From Prevotella sp. (lineage in GTDB: Bacteria; Bacteroidota; Bacteroidia; Bacteroidales; Dysgonomonadaceae): a stretch of DNA of 64,000 nucleotides. Below the pieces are notes generated by a model that saw only the letters and a program-made list of their open reading frames with translations, was not told the origin of the DNA and did not search any database. Positions 22,430 to 31,319 of the stretch are shown piece after piece (positions within the stretch are counted from its first letter, which is position 1; the number at the start of each line of letters is the position of its first letter). The stretch covers positions 128,001 through 192,000 of the forward strand of contig JAITVV010000056.1 of the NCBI GenBank assembly GCA_031285625.1. Direction: 5' to 3'. Position numbers and translations under genes: made by a program.

Positions 22430-22873
22430 TTAATTATTCTCAGGGAAAGCCCCTTTAACAGTAATACCCATACTTCTTGCTGTACCAGCAACCATTCTCA
22501 TGGCAGATTCTACAGTAAAGCAGTTTAAGTCAACCATCTTATCTTCAGCAATAGCTTTTACTTGATCCCAAGTTATTTCGGCTACTTTCTTACGATTAGG
22601 TTCGGCTGATCCACTTTTTATTTTAGCAGCTTCAAGTAATTGAATTGCTACTGGTGGCTGTTTTACAATAAAATCAAAAGACTTATCAGCATAGTAAGTA
22701 ATTACCACTGGCAATATTTTACCTGCTTTGTCTTGAGTTCTGGCATTAAATTGCTTACAGAAATCCATAATATTGATACCTTTAGAACCTAAAGCAGGCC
22801 CTACCGGAGGAGATGGATTTGCTGCACCGCCTTTAATCTGTAATTTTAATTGTCCAGCAATTTCTTTAGCCAT
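22430..22873 (-). CDS. rplK: 50S ribosomal protein L11
   Basis: [26 protein letters not shown]. Confidence 0.98.
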   Translation of the reverse strand: MAKEIAGQLKLQIKGGAANPSPPVGPALGSKGINIMDFCKQFNARTQDKAGKILPVVITYYADKSFDFIVKQPPVAIQLLEAAKIKSGSAEPNRKKVAEITWDQVKAIAEDKMVDLNCFTVESAMRMVAGTARSMGITVKGAFPENN

Positions 22874-22936
22874 TTTCGTTTTTAATTTTTAGTTTTGTTA
22901 AAACTTAAATAGAACTTTCAGAGTGCGTAACCAATC

Positions 22937-23482
22937 TTACTGTTCTTTTTCGACTTGCATGTAATTCAATTCTAACGGAGTTTTCCGTCCGAATATCTTT
23001 ACCATCACTTTTAGTTTCTTCTTCTCTGCGTTCACTTCTTCAATAATTCCTGAAAATCCTGAGAAAGGGCCATTTGTCACCTTCACATTTTCTCCAACAA
23101 AATATTGAATATCCAGACCTACTTCCTGCTCATCCAACTCATCCATTGTGCCAAGTATCCTGTTTACTTCAGATTGGCTTAACGGTTGAGGATTTGTAGT
23201 ATTAGGCAAAAATCCTGCAACAAAATTAATGTTGCGCAATTCATGGATTACTTCTCCCACCAAAGCTGCCTCAATTAAAATATAACCGGGAAGATAAGCT
23301 CTTTCTTTAAGAACTTTCTTTCCGTTACGCATAATGTAGGTTTTCTCTGTGGGGATAAGAACTTGAGAGATGTATTTACCTAAGTCAGTTTTCTTTATCT
23401 CAGACTCAAGATACTCTTTGACTTTATTTTCTTTTCCACTAACGGCACGTAAAACATACCATTTCTTTTCGATTTCAGTCAT
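22937..23482 (-). CDS. nusG: Transcription elongation factor NusG
   Basis: WYVLRAVSGKE, LPGY, KOW motif GPFSGFSG, IFGRKTPLEL. Confidence 0.97.
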   Translation of the reverse strand: MTEIEKKWYVLRAVSGKENKVKEYLESEIKKTDLGKYISQVLIPTEKTYIMRNGKKVLKERAYLPGYILIEAALVGEVIHELRNINFVAGFLPNTTNPQPLSQSEVNRILGTMDELDEQEVGLDIQYFVGENVKVTNGPFSGFSGIIEEVNAEKKKLKVMVKIFGRKTPLELNYMQVEKEQ

Positions 23483-23499
23483 AGTTTTTGATAAGAGAT

Positions 23500-23691
23500 T
23501 TACAACAGACCATAGAATAATTTAACCACCCTGTCAAATACAGAATCAACACCCCATACAACCAATGCCATCATAATGGAAGCTATCATGACGATGACTG
23601 CACTACTTGTCAATTCTGTGCGAGATGGCCAAGAAACCTTGAATACAAGCTCGTTATAAGAATCCTTAATATAGTTAATTATCTTTTTCAT
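23500..23691 (-). CDS. secE: Preprotein translocase SecE
   Basis: ELVFKVSWPS plus one TM helix; start at MKKIINY because the longer ORF runs into tRNA-Trp. Confidence 0.93.
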   Translation of the reverse strand: MKKIINYIKDSYNELVFKVSWPSRTELTSSAVIVMIASIMMALVVWGVDSVFDRVVKLFYGLL

Positions 23692-23709
23692 CACTCCTGT
23701 TTGAGTTAG

Positions 23710-23781
23710 CACGGGCGGAGAGATTCGAACTCCCGACATTTGGTTTTGGAGACCAACGCTCTACCACTGAACTACGCCCGT
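23710..23781 (-). tRNA. tRNA-Trp(CCA)
   Basis: ACGGGCG/CGCCCGT acceptor stem, anticodon arm TTGGT-CTCCAAA-ACCAA, TTCGAAT T-loop. Confidence 0.96.
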
Positions 23782-23829
23782 AAATTAAAGCCGATTATAT
23801 TCCAAACCGGCTTTATAATATAGTAGAAA

Positions 23830-25017
23830 TTATTTATCAATTTCTGTAATCTGACCAGCACCTACTGTACGTCCACCTTCACGGATAGCAAAACGAAGAC
23901 CTACGTTACAAGCAACTGGATAGATAAGCTCAACGTTGATTGTCAAGTTATCACCTGGCATAACCATATCTGTTCCTTCAGGAAGAGTAATCTCACCTGT
24001 TACGTCCAATGTACGGATATAGAACTGAGGACGGTATTTGTTATGGAATGGAGTATGACGTCCACCTTCTTCTTTCTTAAGGATATAAACCTCAGCTTTG
24101 AAGTTAGTGTGAGGAGTAATCTTACCTGGATGGCAAATCACCATACCACGTTTGATTTCATCTTTATCAATACCACGAAGCAATAGACCTACGTTGTCAC
24201 CAGCTTGTCCGTCGTCAAGAATCTTACGGAACATTTCAACTCCAGTTACAACTGATTTTTTGTTTTCAGCTCCAAGTCCGATAATCTGAACTTCTTCACC
24301 TGTTTTGATTTTACCAGTTTCGATACGACCTGTTGCTACAGTACCACGACCTGTGATAGAGAACACATCTTCTACTGGCATAAGGAATGGTTTATCAACA
24401 TCACGTGGAGGAAGTGGAATCCAAGTATCCACAGCGTTCATAAGTTCCATTACTTGGCTAACCCAAGGTTCAACACCGTTCAATGCACCTAGTGCAGATC
24501 CACGGATAACCGGAGTATTATCACCATCGAACTCATAGAATGAAAGAAGTTCTCTCATTTCAAGTTCAACAAGTTCCAACATTTCTTCGTCTTCAACGAT
24601 ATCGCATTTGTTCATGAAAACAACCAATTTAGGTACGTTTACCTGACGTGCCAAAAGGATGTGTTCACGAGTTTGAGGCATCGGACCATCAGTAGCAGCT
24701 ACCACAATGATAGCACCATCCATCTGAGCAGCACCAGTAACCATGTTTTTCACGTAGTCCGCGTGACCTGGACAGTCAACGTGAGCATAGTGACGGTTAG
24801 CTGTTTCATATTCAACATGAGATGTATTGATTGTAATACCACGTTCTTTTTCTTCAGGAGCGTTATCGATTGAGTCGAATGAACGAGCTTGAGAAAGGCC
24901 TGCGTCAGCCAACACTTTAGTGATAGCAGCAGTCAAAGTAGTTTTACCATGGTCAACGTGACCGATTGTACCGATGTTCACGTGCGGTTTCGCCCGGTTA
25001 AAATGTTCTTTTGCCAT
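23830..25017 (-). CDS. tuf: Elongation factor Tu
   Basis: [28 protein letters not shown]. Confidence 0.99.
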   Translation of the reverse strand: MAKEHFNRAKPHVNIGTIGHVDHGKTTLTAAITKVLADAGLSQARSFDSIDNAPEEKERGITINTSHVEYETANRHYAHVDCPGHADYVKNMVTGAAQMDGAIIVVAATDGPMPQTREHILLARQVNVPKLVVFMNKCDIVEDEEMLELVELEMRELLSFYEFDGDNTPVIRGSALGALNGVEPWVSQVMELMNAVDTWIPLPPRDVDKPFLMPVEDVFSITGRGTVATGRIETGKIKTGEEVQIIGLGAENKKSVVTGVEMFRKILDDGQAGDNVGLLLRGIDKDEIKRGMVICHPGKITPHTNFKAEVYILKKEEGGRHTPFHNKYRPQFYIRTLDVTGEITLPEGTDMVMPGDNLTINVELIYPVACNVGLRFAIREGGRTVGAGQITEIDK

Positions 25018-25087
25018 AATTAATCTTCTATTATTTAGTTAATGTATATATTTAATTCAATCTGAATCAACTATCTGTTATTAAAAG

Positions 25088-25159
<72 letters not shown>

Positions 25160-25312
25160 TTAAATTTCAAAAATTTCACCTCAACAAAATCCTTACCCCT
25201 TTACAAAACAGGAGCTTTTATTATTGAAGCGAAAAAGATGGAAATTAAAGTGAAGAAATATGTAAATCTACTGATTCATAGGTTTTCAAAACTTCTCTTT
25301 CCTTATAGCTTG

Positions 25313-25386
25313 AGCCTCTTGTCGGATTCGAACCAACGACCCCGAGATTACAAATCACGTGCTCTGGCCAACTGAGCTAAAGAGGC
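25313..25386 (-). tRNA. tRNA-Thr(TGT)
   Basis: GCCTCTT/AAGAGGC acceptor stem, loop TTTGTAA, TTCGAAT T-loop. Confidence 0.93.
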
Positions 25387-25437
25387 ATACTAGTATAATT
25401 TTGCCGCCATCGCGCTTTTTTCATAGCGAAACGGCGA

Positions 25438-25445
25438 CAAAATTA
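25438..25445 (-). promoter_or_regulatory. -7 promoter element for the tRNA-tuf operon
   Basis: TAATTTTG on minus strand about 50 nt upstream of tRNA-Thr(TGT). Confidence 0.55.
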
Positions 25446-25558
25446 GAAATTATTTTTTAGAATCGCAATACTTTGTAGATTTATTTTTATTGTATTTTCT
25501 TTTATCGGATCATTCATTCATTCTCAGCATAGTAGATATGCTTTTCATATTACGATTT

Positions 25559-25858
25559 TTACTTTGTTTGAGCTTTCTCTTTTGCTTTCAGCACTTGTTT
25601 CTCTAAAGCCTCTATACTTTGCACTACAGCCTCTTCGAATGTATCGGCTATTTTATTGGCAAAAAGCTCGCCATTTTTAATGTTTAGCTTTATCGAAGCT
25701 TCTTTATTATTCGCTACTTCAGGCTTTACTACCTTGAGAATAACTTCAGCATCTACTATCTGATCTGAAAACTTATCCAATTTTGATATTTTTTTCTCAA
25801 TAAACTCTTTCAATTGAGCTGTTGCATCAAAGTGCACTGACTGAATCGCAATATTCAT
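25559..25858 (-). CDS. hpf: Ribosome hibernation factor HPF/RaiA
   Basis: IQSVHFDAT...KISKL fold pattern, 99 aa, position after xerC. Confidence 0.9.
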   Translation of the reverse strand: MNIAIQSVHFDATAQLKEFIEKKISKLDKFSDQIVDAEVILKVVKPEVANNKEASIKLNIKNGELFANKIADTFEEAVVQSIEALEKQVLKAKEKAQTK

Positions 25859-25865
25859 AGTTAAT

Positions 25866-25873
25866 CCTCCTTT
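25866..25873 (-). promoter_or_regulatory. Strong Shine-Dalgarno sequence of hpf
   Basis: AAAGGAGG ending 7 nt before ATG 25858. Confidence 0.8.
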
Positions 25874-25878
25874 ACTTT

Positions 25879-26766
25879 TTAAGCTCTGGGATGAGCTTTG
25901 TTATAAATCTTCTTTAATTCTTCAAATGAAGTATGTGTGTATATTTCTGTAGCCGCAAGGCTTGAATGTCCTAATAGTTCTTTCACCGCATTTATATCCG
26001 CACCGTTATTTAACATCCCTGTAGCAAATGAATGCCTGAGGACATGGGGACTGGTTTTTGACAATGTGGGTATCTGATTCAGACTCTCTGTAACGATACG
26101 ATGCACAAGCATTGGATAAAGCGCCTCTCCATCATTTTTAACAAAGAAGCAACCTGATCCATTCACAATCTCATTATCCCTGACTTCAATATATTGGCGC
26201 AATAACGATTTCATGCTATCGCTTATCGGTATCAGCCGCTGCTTATTCCGCTTTCCTGTCACTTGTATTGTTCCTGCACTGAAATCTACATCGACATCTT
26301 TCAGTCCGATTAATTCAGCACGCCGGATACCTGTTACATAAAACAGCTCTATCATAATATGGTTTCGCAAGGATTCAAATGTATCTTCAACATTACTTTC
26401 GTCCAGAACTTTATCCATATCGGAGTTATTTACGAAGGAAGGGAGCGGCTTAGTTATTTTCGGTCCACTGATCTTTTTCACCGGATTAGATTGCACCTCC
26501 CCTATTCTCAATAAATATTTATAGAATGATTTTAACGCACTTAATTTGCGATTAACCGAACGCGCCGAGATCTTGACCTCCATCAGGGAAACAATCCACA
26601 TGCGAACAATATCGCCATCTACCGACTTAGTATCTGCTTCGGGAAAATGTTCTGCGAGAAAAGCTGTGAACTGCCGCAGGTCTTCAGAATAAGAAATCTC
26701 CGTATGTAAAGAATAGTTCTTTTCATAACGGAGATACTTGATATATTTGTCAATTAACAGCATCAT
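25879..26766 (-). CDS. xerC: Tyrosine recombinase XerC-like
   Basis: TGIRRAEL, GKRNKQR, HVLRHSFAT, LLGH, TEIY catalytic set; rpsU-xerC-hpf synteny. Confidence 0.85.
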   Translation of the reverse strand: MMLLIDKYIKYLRYEKNYSLHTEISYSEDLRQFTAFLAEHFPEADTKSVDGDIVRMWIVSLMEVKISARSVNRKLSALKSFYKYLLRIGEVQSNPVKKISGPKITKPLPSFVNNSDMDKVLDESNVEDTFESLRNHIMIELFYVTGIRRAELIGLKDVDVDFSAGTIQVTGKRNKQRLIPISDSMKSLLRQYIEVRDNEIVNGSGCFFVKNDGEALYPMLVHRIVTESLNQIPTLSKTSPHVLRHSFATGMLNNGADINAVKELLGHSSLAATEIYTHTSFEELKKIYNKAHPRA

Positions 26767-26829
26767 TCTACCGAGTTTCTATCCTGAATGACGAAGTTAA
26801 TAATATTATGCGAAAATGACAATTATTTT

Positions 26830-27021
26830 TTAATCTTCTAAGCGGTGCATTTGCTCTACATAAACTGCATGCAATCTGCGTTCTCTTTTCACCACTGATG
26901 GCTTACGGAACTCCTGACGTCTTCTCAGTTCTTTAACAACACCTGTTTTTTCGTATTTTCTTTTAAATTTCTTCAGCGCTTTTTCAATATTTTCGCCTTC
27001 TTTTAATGGAACAATAATCAT
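26830..27021 (-). CDS. rpsU: 30S ribosomal protein bS21
   Basis: 63 aa, ENIEKALKKFKRK...ELRRRQEFRKPS. Confidence 0.96.
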   Translation of the reverse strand: MIIVPLKEGENIEKALKKFKRKYEKTGVVKELRRRQEFRKPSVVKRERRLHAVYVEQMHRLED

Positions 27022-27091
27022 AATTATTTTTTATTTTATTTGTTTATTTTAATTCAATTTAATCAAGGTCGAACCAATCTGGCTCTTATTC

Positions 27092-27224
27092 AAAAAAAAA
27101 CAATTCAAGTATTTGGCATAAAAATCCTTTGAACACTGTATAGATAACAGCATCAAACATTCAGTAAATATGTTTTAGTTCAAAAGATCATCAAACCTCC
27201 TCTCTATTTTGGGGTGCAAATTTA
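27092..27224 (-). promoter_or_regulatory. rpsU promoter and structured 5' leader (extended SD, micro-uORF, alternative hairpins, T9 tract)
   Basis: TAAATTTG at 27217-27224; AGAGAGGAGGT at 27195-27205; ATG-ATC-TTT-TGA at 27180-27191; complementary segments 27178-27189, 27123-27134 and 27101-27114; T9 at 27092-27100. Confidence 0.6.
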
Positions 27225-27263
27225 TGATTTAATATCTTAATGTACAAGACTTTTTAAAACTTT

Positions 27264-27716
27264 CTATTCTTTTTTCATTTGAATATGTGGTATACCATCC
27301 TCCAGGTACATCTCACTTGTTTGCTTAAATCCATGACTCTCATAGAATTTTTTCAGATACAATTGCCCCGAAATTGTTATTTTGGTTTCCCCCAATACAG
27401 ATGCCTCAATATCTATCGCTTTTGTCATCATTTCATGACCATATCCATATTTACGATATTCCTGAGCGACGATAACCCTCCCGATGCTAGCTTCTTCAAA
27501 ATAACCTCCTGCTTTGAACAGGCGACAATATGCAATAAGTTTACCATCTACATAACCACTAAGATGTAAAGCTTTCTGATCCTTGTAGTCTATATCCAGA
27601 TATGGTGCATTCTGTTCAATTACAAATATTTTACAACGCAAATGTAATATTTCGTAAAGTTCATCCCTTGTGAGTTCCTCATAAGAACTCAATTTCCATG
27701 ATATTTCTTTTTTCAT
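27264..27716 (-). CDS. elaA: GNAT acetyltransferase, ElaA family
   Basis: ELYEILHLRCKIFVIEQ, IGRVIV, YLEDGIPHIQM. Confidence 0.85.
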   Translation of the reverse strand: MKKEISWKLSSYEELTRDELYEILHLRCKIFVIEQNAPYLDIDYKDQKALHLSGYVDGKLIAYCRLFKAGGYFEEASIGRVIVAQEYRKYGYGHEMMTKAIDIEASVLGETKITISGQLYLKKFYESHGFKQTSEMYLEDGIPHIQMKKE

Positions 27717-28072
27717 ATTTTTCAAATAATTTTATAGCGCATTATAAATCATCATTTTATCAACAAGCAAATGATTACCGAAAGCCACGCTATAGAAATA
27801 GAATCAAGTATAATTAAAATGTGACAAAAGTAGTTTATAAATTCTGTAATCAACAAGCTTCATTCATATCTTTTCATATAATATCGATTCTTAAAATATT
27901 CAGAGAAAATACAGAAGGTGTACCATTATCTGTCTTCAATGCCCTTATATGTTATATTGCTTTACTTTTTCCTTAAGTTATAAAGATAGAAAAAACAAAC
28001 AAAAACCTGTTCTATCTGTTCTATGAGTGATGTAAAATATTTATATATGACTAATTAATGGAGAGAATGTAA

Positions 28073-28080
28073 TATCTTTG
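28073..28080 (+). promoter_or_regulatory. -7 promoter element for sufB
   Basis: TATCTTTG followed by CA, about 100 nt upstream of ATG. Confidence 0.55.
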
Positions 28081-28137
28081 CAAGCTAATTATATGCTGTC
28101 AGTTTTCAACTGATAGTATTAAGTAAAATACAGAAAA

Positions 28138-28169
28138 CTAACAGCTAATAGCTAAATGCTATCAGCTAA
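28138..28169 (+). repeat. Degenerate heptamer tandem repeat in sufB leader
   Basis: CTAACAG-CTAATAG-CTAAATG-CTATCAG-CTAA. Confidence 0.65.
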
Positions 28170-28183
28170 AATAAACAACAATC

Positions 28184-29641
28184 ATGCAAGAAACTCAAGA
28201 TAAAATTTTAGAAGATGTTACCTCCAGCGATTATAAGTATGGTTTTGTAACAGACATTGAGACAGAAGTCATTCCCACAGGTCTGAATGAAGATGTTGTC
28301 CGACTGATTTCGGCAAAGAAGAATGAGCCTGAGTGGATGCTCGAATTTCGCCTGAAGGCATACCACCACTGGCTGACGATGGAGGCTCCACAATGGGCGC
28401 ATCTGGAAATACCTGAAATAGATTACCAGAGCATCAGCTACTACGCTGCCCCTAAAAAGAAAGACGGGCCTAAGAGCCTGGATGAAGTAGACCCTGAGTT
28501 ATTGAAGACTTTCGATAAGCTGGGTGTTCCGCTTCACGAACGCGAACTACTGGCAGGAGTACAAAATATGGCTGTAGATGCTGTAGTAGACAGCGTTTCG
28601 GTAAAAACAACATTCAAGGAAGTACTGGCCGAAAAGGGTATTATATTCTGCTCGTTCAGCGAGGCAGTACAGGAATATCCCGAACTGGTAAAGAAATACC
28701 TAGGCTCGGTAGTTCCGTACAGGGATAATTTCTTTGGTGCGCTAAATTCCGCAGTGTTTAGTGACGGTTCATTCGTATATATCCCCAAGGATGTACGCTG
28801 CCCGATGGAGTTGTCTACTTATTTCCGTATCAATGCGGCTAATACAGGACAGTTTGAGCGCACATTGATTGTTGCCGACGATAATGCTTATGTAAGTTAT
28901 CTCGAAGGCTGTACAGCGCCTATGCGTGACGAGAACCAATTGCATGCTGCCATAGTGGAGATCATAGCACTCGACCATGCGGAAGTGAAATATTCAACCG
29001 TACAGAACTGGTATCCGGGCGATAAGGAAGGTAAGGGAGGGATTTACAACTTCGTTACCAAGCGCGGATTATGCAAGGGAAAAGGCTCGAAAATATCGTG
29101 GACTCAAGTAGAGACAGGTTCTGCCATTACATGGAAATATCCGTCTTGCATCCTGGCAGGAGACGATTCGATAGGCGAATTCTATTCTGTGGCTGTAACC
29201 AACAATTACCAGCAGGCTGATACAGGTACCAAAATGGTGCATGTAGGAAAGAATACAAAAAGCCGCATCGTATCGAAGGGTATTTCGGCAGGATTCAGCC
29301 AGAACTCATACAGAGGGCTTGTAAAAGTCTCTCCAAAGGCCGAAGGAGCACGTAACCACTCACAGTGCGACAGTTTGTTGCTGGGCGACAAGTGCGGTGC
29401 GCATACATTCCCTTATTCGGATATTGCCAATCCGAGTGCTATTATCGAGCATGAGGCTACCACCTCAAAAATCAGTGAAGACCAGATACTGTACTGTAAC
29501 CAGCGTGGCATAGGTACGGAAGAGGCTGTAGGACTGATTGTAAACGGTTATGCCAAAGAGGTGATGCAAAACCTGCCAATGGAGTTTGCTGTAGAAGCTC
29601 AGAAGCTATTGCAGATAAGCCTGGAGGGTAGTGTAGGATAA
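28184..29641 (+). CDS. sufB: Fe-S cluster assembly protein SufB
   Basis: [41 protein letters not shown]. Confidence 0.97.
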   Translation: MQETQDKILEDVTSSDYKYGFVTDIETEVIPTGLNEDVVRLISAKKNEPEWMLEFRLKAYHHWLTMEAPQWAHLEIPEIDYQSISYYAAPKKKDGPKSLDEVDPELLKTFDKLGVPLHERELLAGVQNMAVDAVVDSVSVKTTFKEVLAEKGIIFCSFSEAVQEYPELVKKYLGSVVPYRDNFFGALNSAVFSDGSFVYIPKDVRCPMELSTYFRINAANTGQFERTLIVADDNAYVSYLEGCTAPMRDENQLHAAIVEIIALDHAEVKYSTVQNWYPGDKEGKGGIYNFVTKRGLCKGKGSKISWTQVETGSAITWKYPSCILAGDDSIGEFYSVAVTNNYQQADTGTKMVHVGKNTKSRIVSKGISAGFSQNSYRGLVKVSPKAEGARNHSQCDSLLLGDKCGAHTFPYSDIANPSAIIEHEATTSKISEDQILYCNQRGIGTEEAVGLIVNGYAKEVMQNLPMEFAVEAQKLLQISLEGSVG

Positions 29642-29662
29642 AAGAAATAGTATAAGAATAAG

Positions 29663-29688
29663 AAAAGACGGTTTTCTCACCGTCTTTT
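29663..29688. terminator. Bidirectional terminator after sufB
   Basis: AAAAGACGGT-TTTCTC-ACCGTCTTTT. Confidence 0.75.
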
Positions 29689-29693
29689 TGTTT

Positions 29694-30119
29694 TTAATAT
29701 AATTTCCAGGTTTTTCCATCATCCAGACTGACAATCTCCTTGTCGTCCTTTATCAAAAAAGAAATGACAGGTGGTGTTTCAATTGGCATTTCCACTTCGA
29801 TGGTTATTGTATCGCCTTTGATATTGTACGTTGCAGGCAACATAATATCAGTCATCATATAAGCAACAGTACCGTCTTTATACAAAGTAATTGTTTGAGA
29901 GCAATTTGCATAAAACTGTTTTTGGAATTCTTCACACTCCTCTACTGTTTTAAAGAAATCATACTTGTATCTCCTGTCCTCAGCGAAGTAATTGCCTTTG
30001 TCTTTATTTTCTTCCTCATCAATAATTTCTGTATCATCTTCGTTATCCTTATCATTACTGCATGCCGGAAGATAAGAAAGAGCAAATAGCATAAACAGCA
30101 TATAAAAAGTTTGTTTCAT
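29694..30119 (-). CDS. Hypothetical lipoprotein
   Basis: Hydrophobic leader, LPAC lipobox, acidic stretch after Cys. Confidence 0.7.
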   Translation of the reverse strand: MKQTFYMLFMLFALSYLPACSNDKDNEDDTEIIDEEENKDKGNYFAEDRRYKYDFFKTVEECEEFQKQFYANCSQTITLYKDGTVAYMMTDIMLPATYNIKGDTITIEVEMPIETPPVISFLIKDDKEIVSLDDGKTWKLY

Positions 30120-30281
30120 AATATTATTGCATTAAAGTTTATGTGAATATAAAGCCGAAGATAAAAAAAAGTTTCATTCAAACTCTTTTTTATATATATA
30201 ATTTTATACGATGTAAAAATCAGATATACAATTATTTCTGTAGTCTATGTCAATCCCTTCCTCATGAGATGTGATTAATGG

Positions 30282-30860
30282 TCAGAACTTCTTCAACTCC
30301 CTGTACAATCGCTGTATAGGCAGCCCCATAATATTGAAGTAAGAACCGGATATATATTCTACAGCGATATAACCTATCCACTCCTGTACACCGTATGCCC
30401 CCGCTTTATCCAGTGGTTTATATTTGGTTACATAGTAGTCAATCTCGTCGCTATCCAGTGTAGCGAAACGAACTTCAGATGATACGGCGAATGCTTTTTG
30501 CTTTTGCTTGGTAGTGATACACACCCCTGTTATTACCTGATGTATTTTTCCGGACAGGTCATGGAGCATTTGTTTTGCATGCGCTTCATCTACAGGCTTG
30601 CCGTATACTTTACCTTCCAGCAATACGATTGTATCGGCTGTGATAAGCAGTGTATCATCAGCCAGCTTGTCAAGATAAGCATTTGCTTTTTCCTTTGCTA
30701 TGTAGGTAGCAATGTCTTCACCTTGTAGTTCAATGGGATAAGATTCGTCTATATCCGGCAGGGTCTTTATCTGGTAAGGTATATCCAGCCCTGTAAGCAG
30801 TTCTTTTCTGCGGGGCGAGTTGGATGCAAGTATAATTTTGTATTGCGATAGGTCCAGCAT
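30282..30860 (-). CDS. maf: Maf-family nucleotide pyrophosphatase
   Basis: ILASNSPRR, ADTIV, GKP, DKAGAYG, GLP. Confidence 0.93.
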   Translation of the reverse strand: MLDLSQYKIILASNSPRRKELLTGLDIPYQIKTLPDIDESYPIELQGEDIATYIAKEKANAYLDKLADDTLLITADTIVLLEGKVYGKPVDEAHAKQMLHDLSGKIHQVITGVCITTKQKQKAFAVSSEVRFATLDSDEIDYYVTKYKPLDKAGAYGVQEWIGYIAVEYISGSYFNIMGLPIQRLYRELKKF

Positions 30861-31319
30861 TTACATGAAGTTATGGTAATTCTCAAGTTCGAGTAGCAGG
30901 AGTTTAATATCCGTTCCGTATGCATATCCACCCAGTTTTCCACCTTCATTTACTACACGGTGACATGGCACAATTATTGCAATATTATTCTTACCATTGG
31001 CAGCACCTACTGCACGGCAGCCTTTAGGCGAACCTATTGCAATGGCCTCATCTTTATAAGAAACTGTTTTTCCATAGGGGATCGTACTTAAATAATCCCA
31101 AACTTTTTGCTGAAAAGGTGTTCCTGATTGTTTTAGAGGTAAGTCGAAGTCTTTTCTTTTCCCATCAAAGTATTCTTCGAGCTGCTCGACAGCTTTGGCT
31201 AGTATTTTGTTTGTACTACTTTCTCCTATCTCTTGTGCAACGACTCTAACAGAAGAAATATAGCCATCAGTCTCTTCTATTTCGAGTACTCCGACGGGAG
31301 ATTGTAAAAAAGCCTTCAT
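30861..31319 (-). CDS. ogt: Methylated-DNA-protein-cysteine methyltransferase
   Basis: GTPFQQKVW, IPYG, active-site PCHRV; start 31319 or 31349. Confidence 0.92.
   Translation of the reverse strand: MKAFLQSPVGVLEIEETDGYISSVRVVAQEIGESSTNKILAKAVEQLEEYFDGKRKDFDLPLKQSGTPFQQKVWDYLSTIPYGKTVSYKDEAIAIGSPKGCRAVGAANGKNNIAIIVPCHRVVNEGGKLGGYAYGTDIKLLLLELENYHNFM

Noticed and set aside
23692-23739. N-terminal extension of SecE in the ORF track
   Set aside because: Overlaps tRNA-Trp; true start is ATG 23691
12688-24873. Many 60-150 aa plus-strand ORFs opposite rpoC, rpoB, rplL and tuf
   Set aside because: Antisense shadows of highly expressed, codon-biased genes; no motifs
25255-25300. TGTAAATCTACTG resembling a tRNA-Tyr anticodon arm
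   Set aside because: On the strand opposite the tRNA operon and no cloverleaf can be built
25879-26766. Tyrosine recombinase as the island's integrase
   Set aside because: XerC-sized, no arm-binding N-terminal domain, sits in the housekeeping rpsU-xerC-hpf cluster 19 kb from the island
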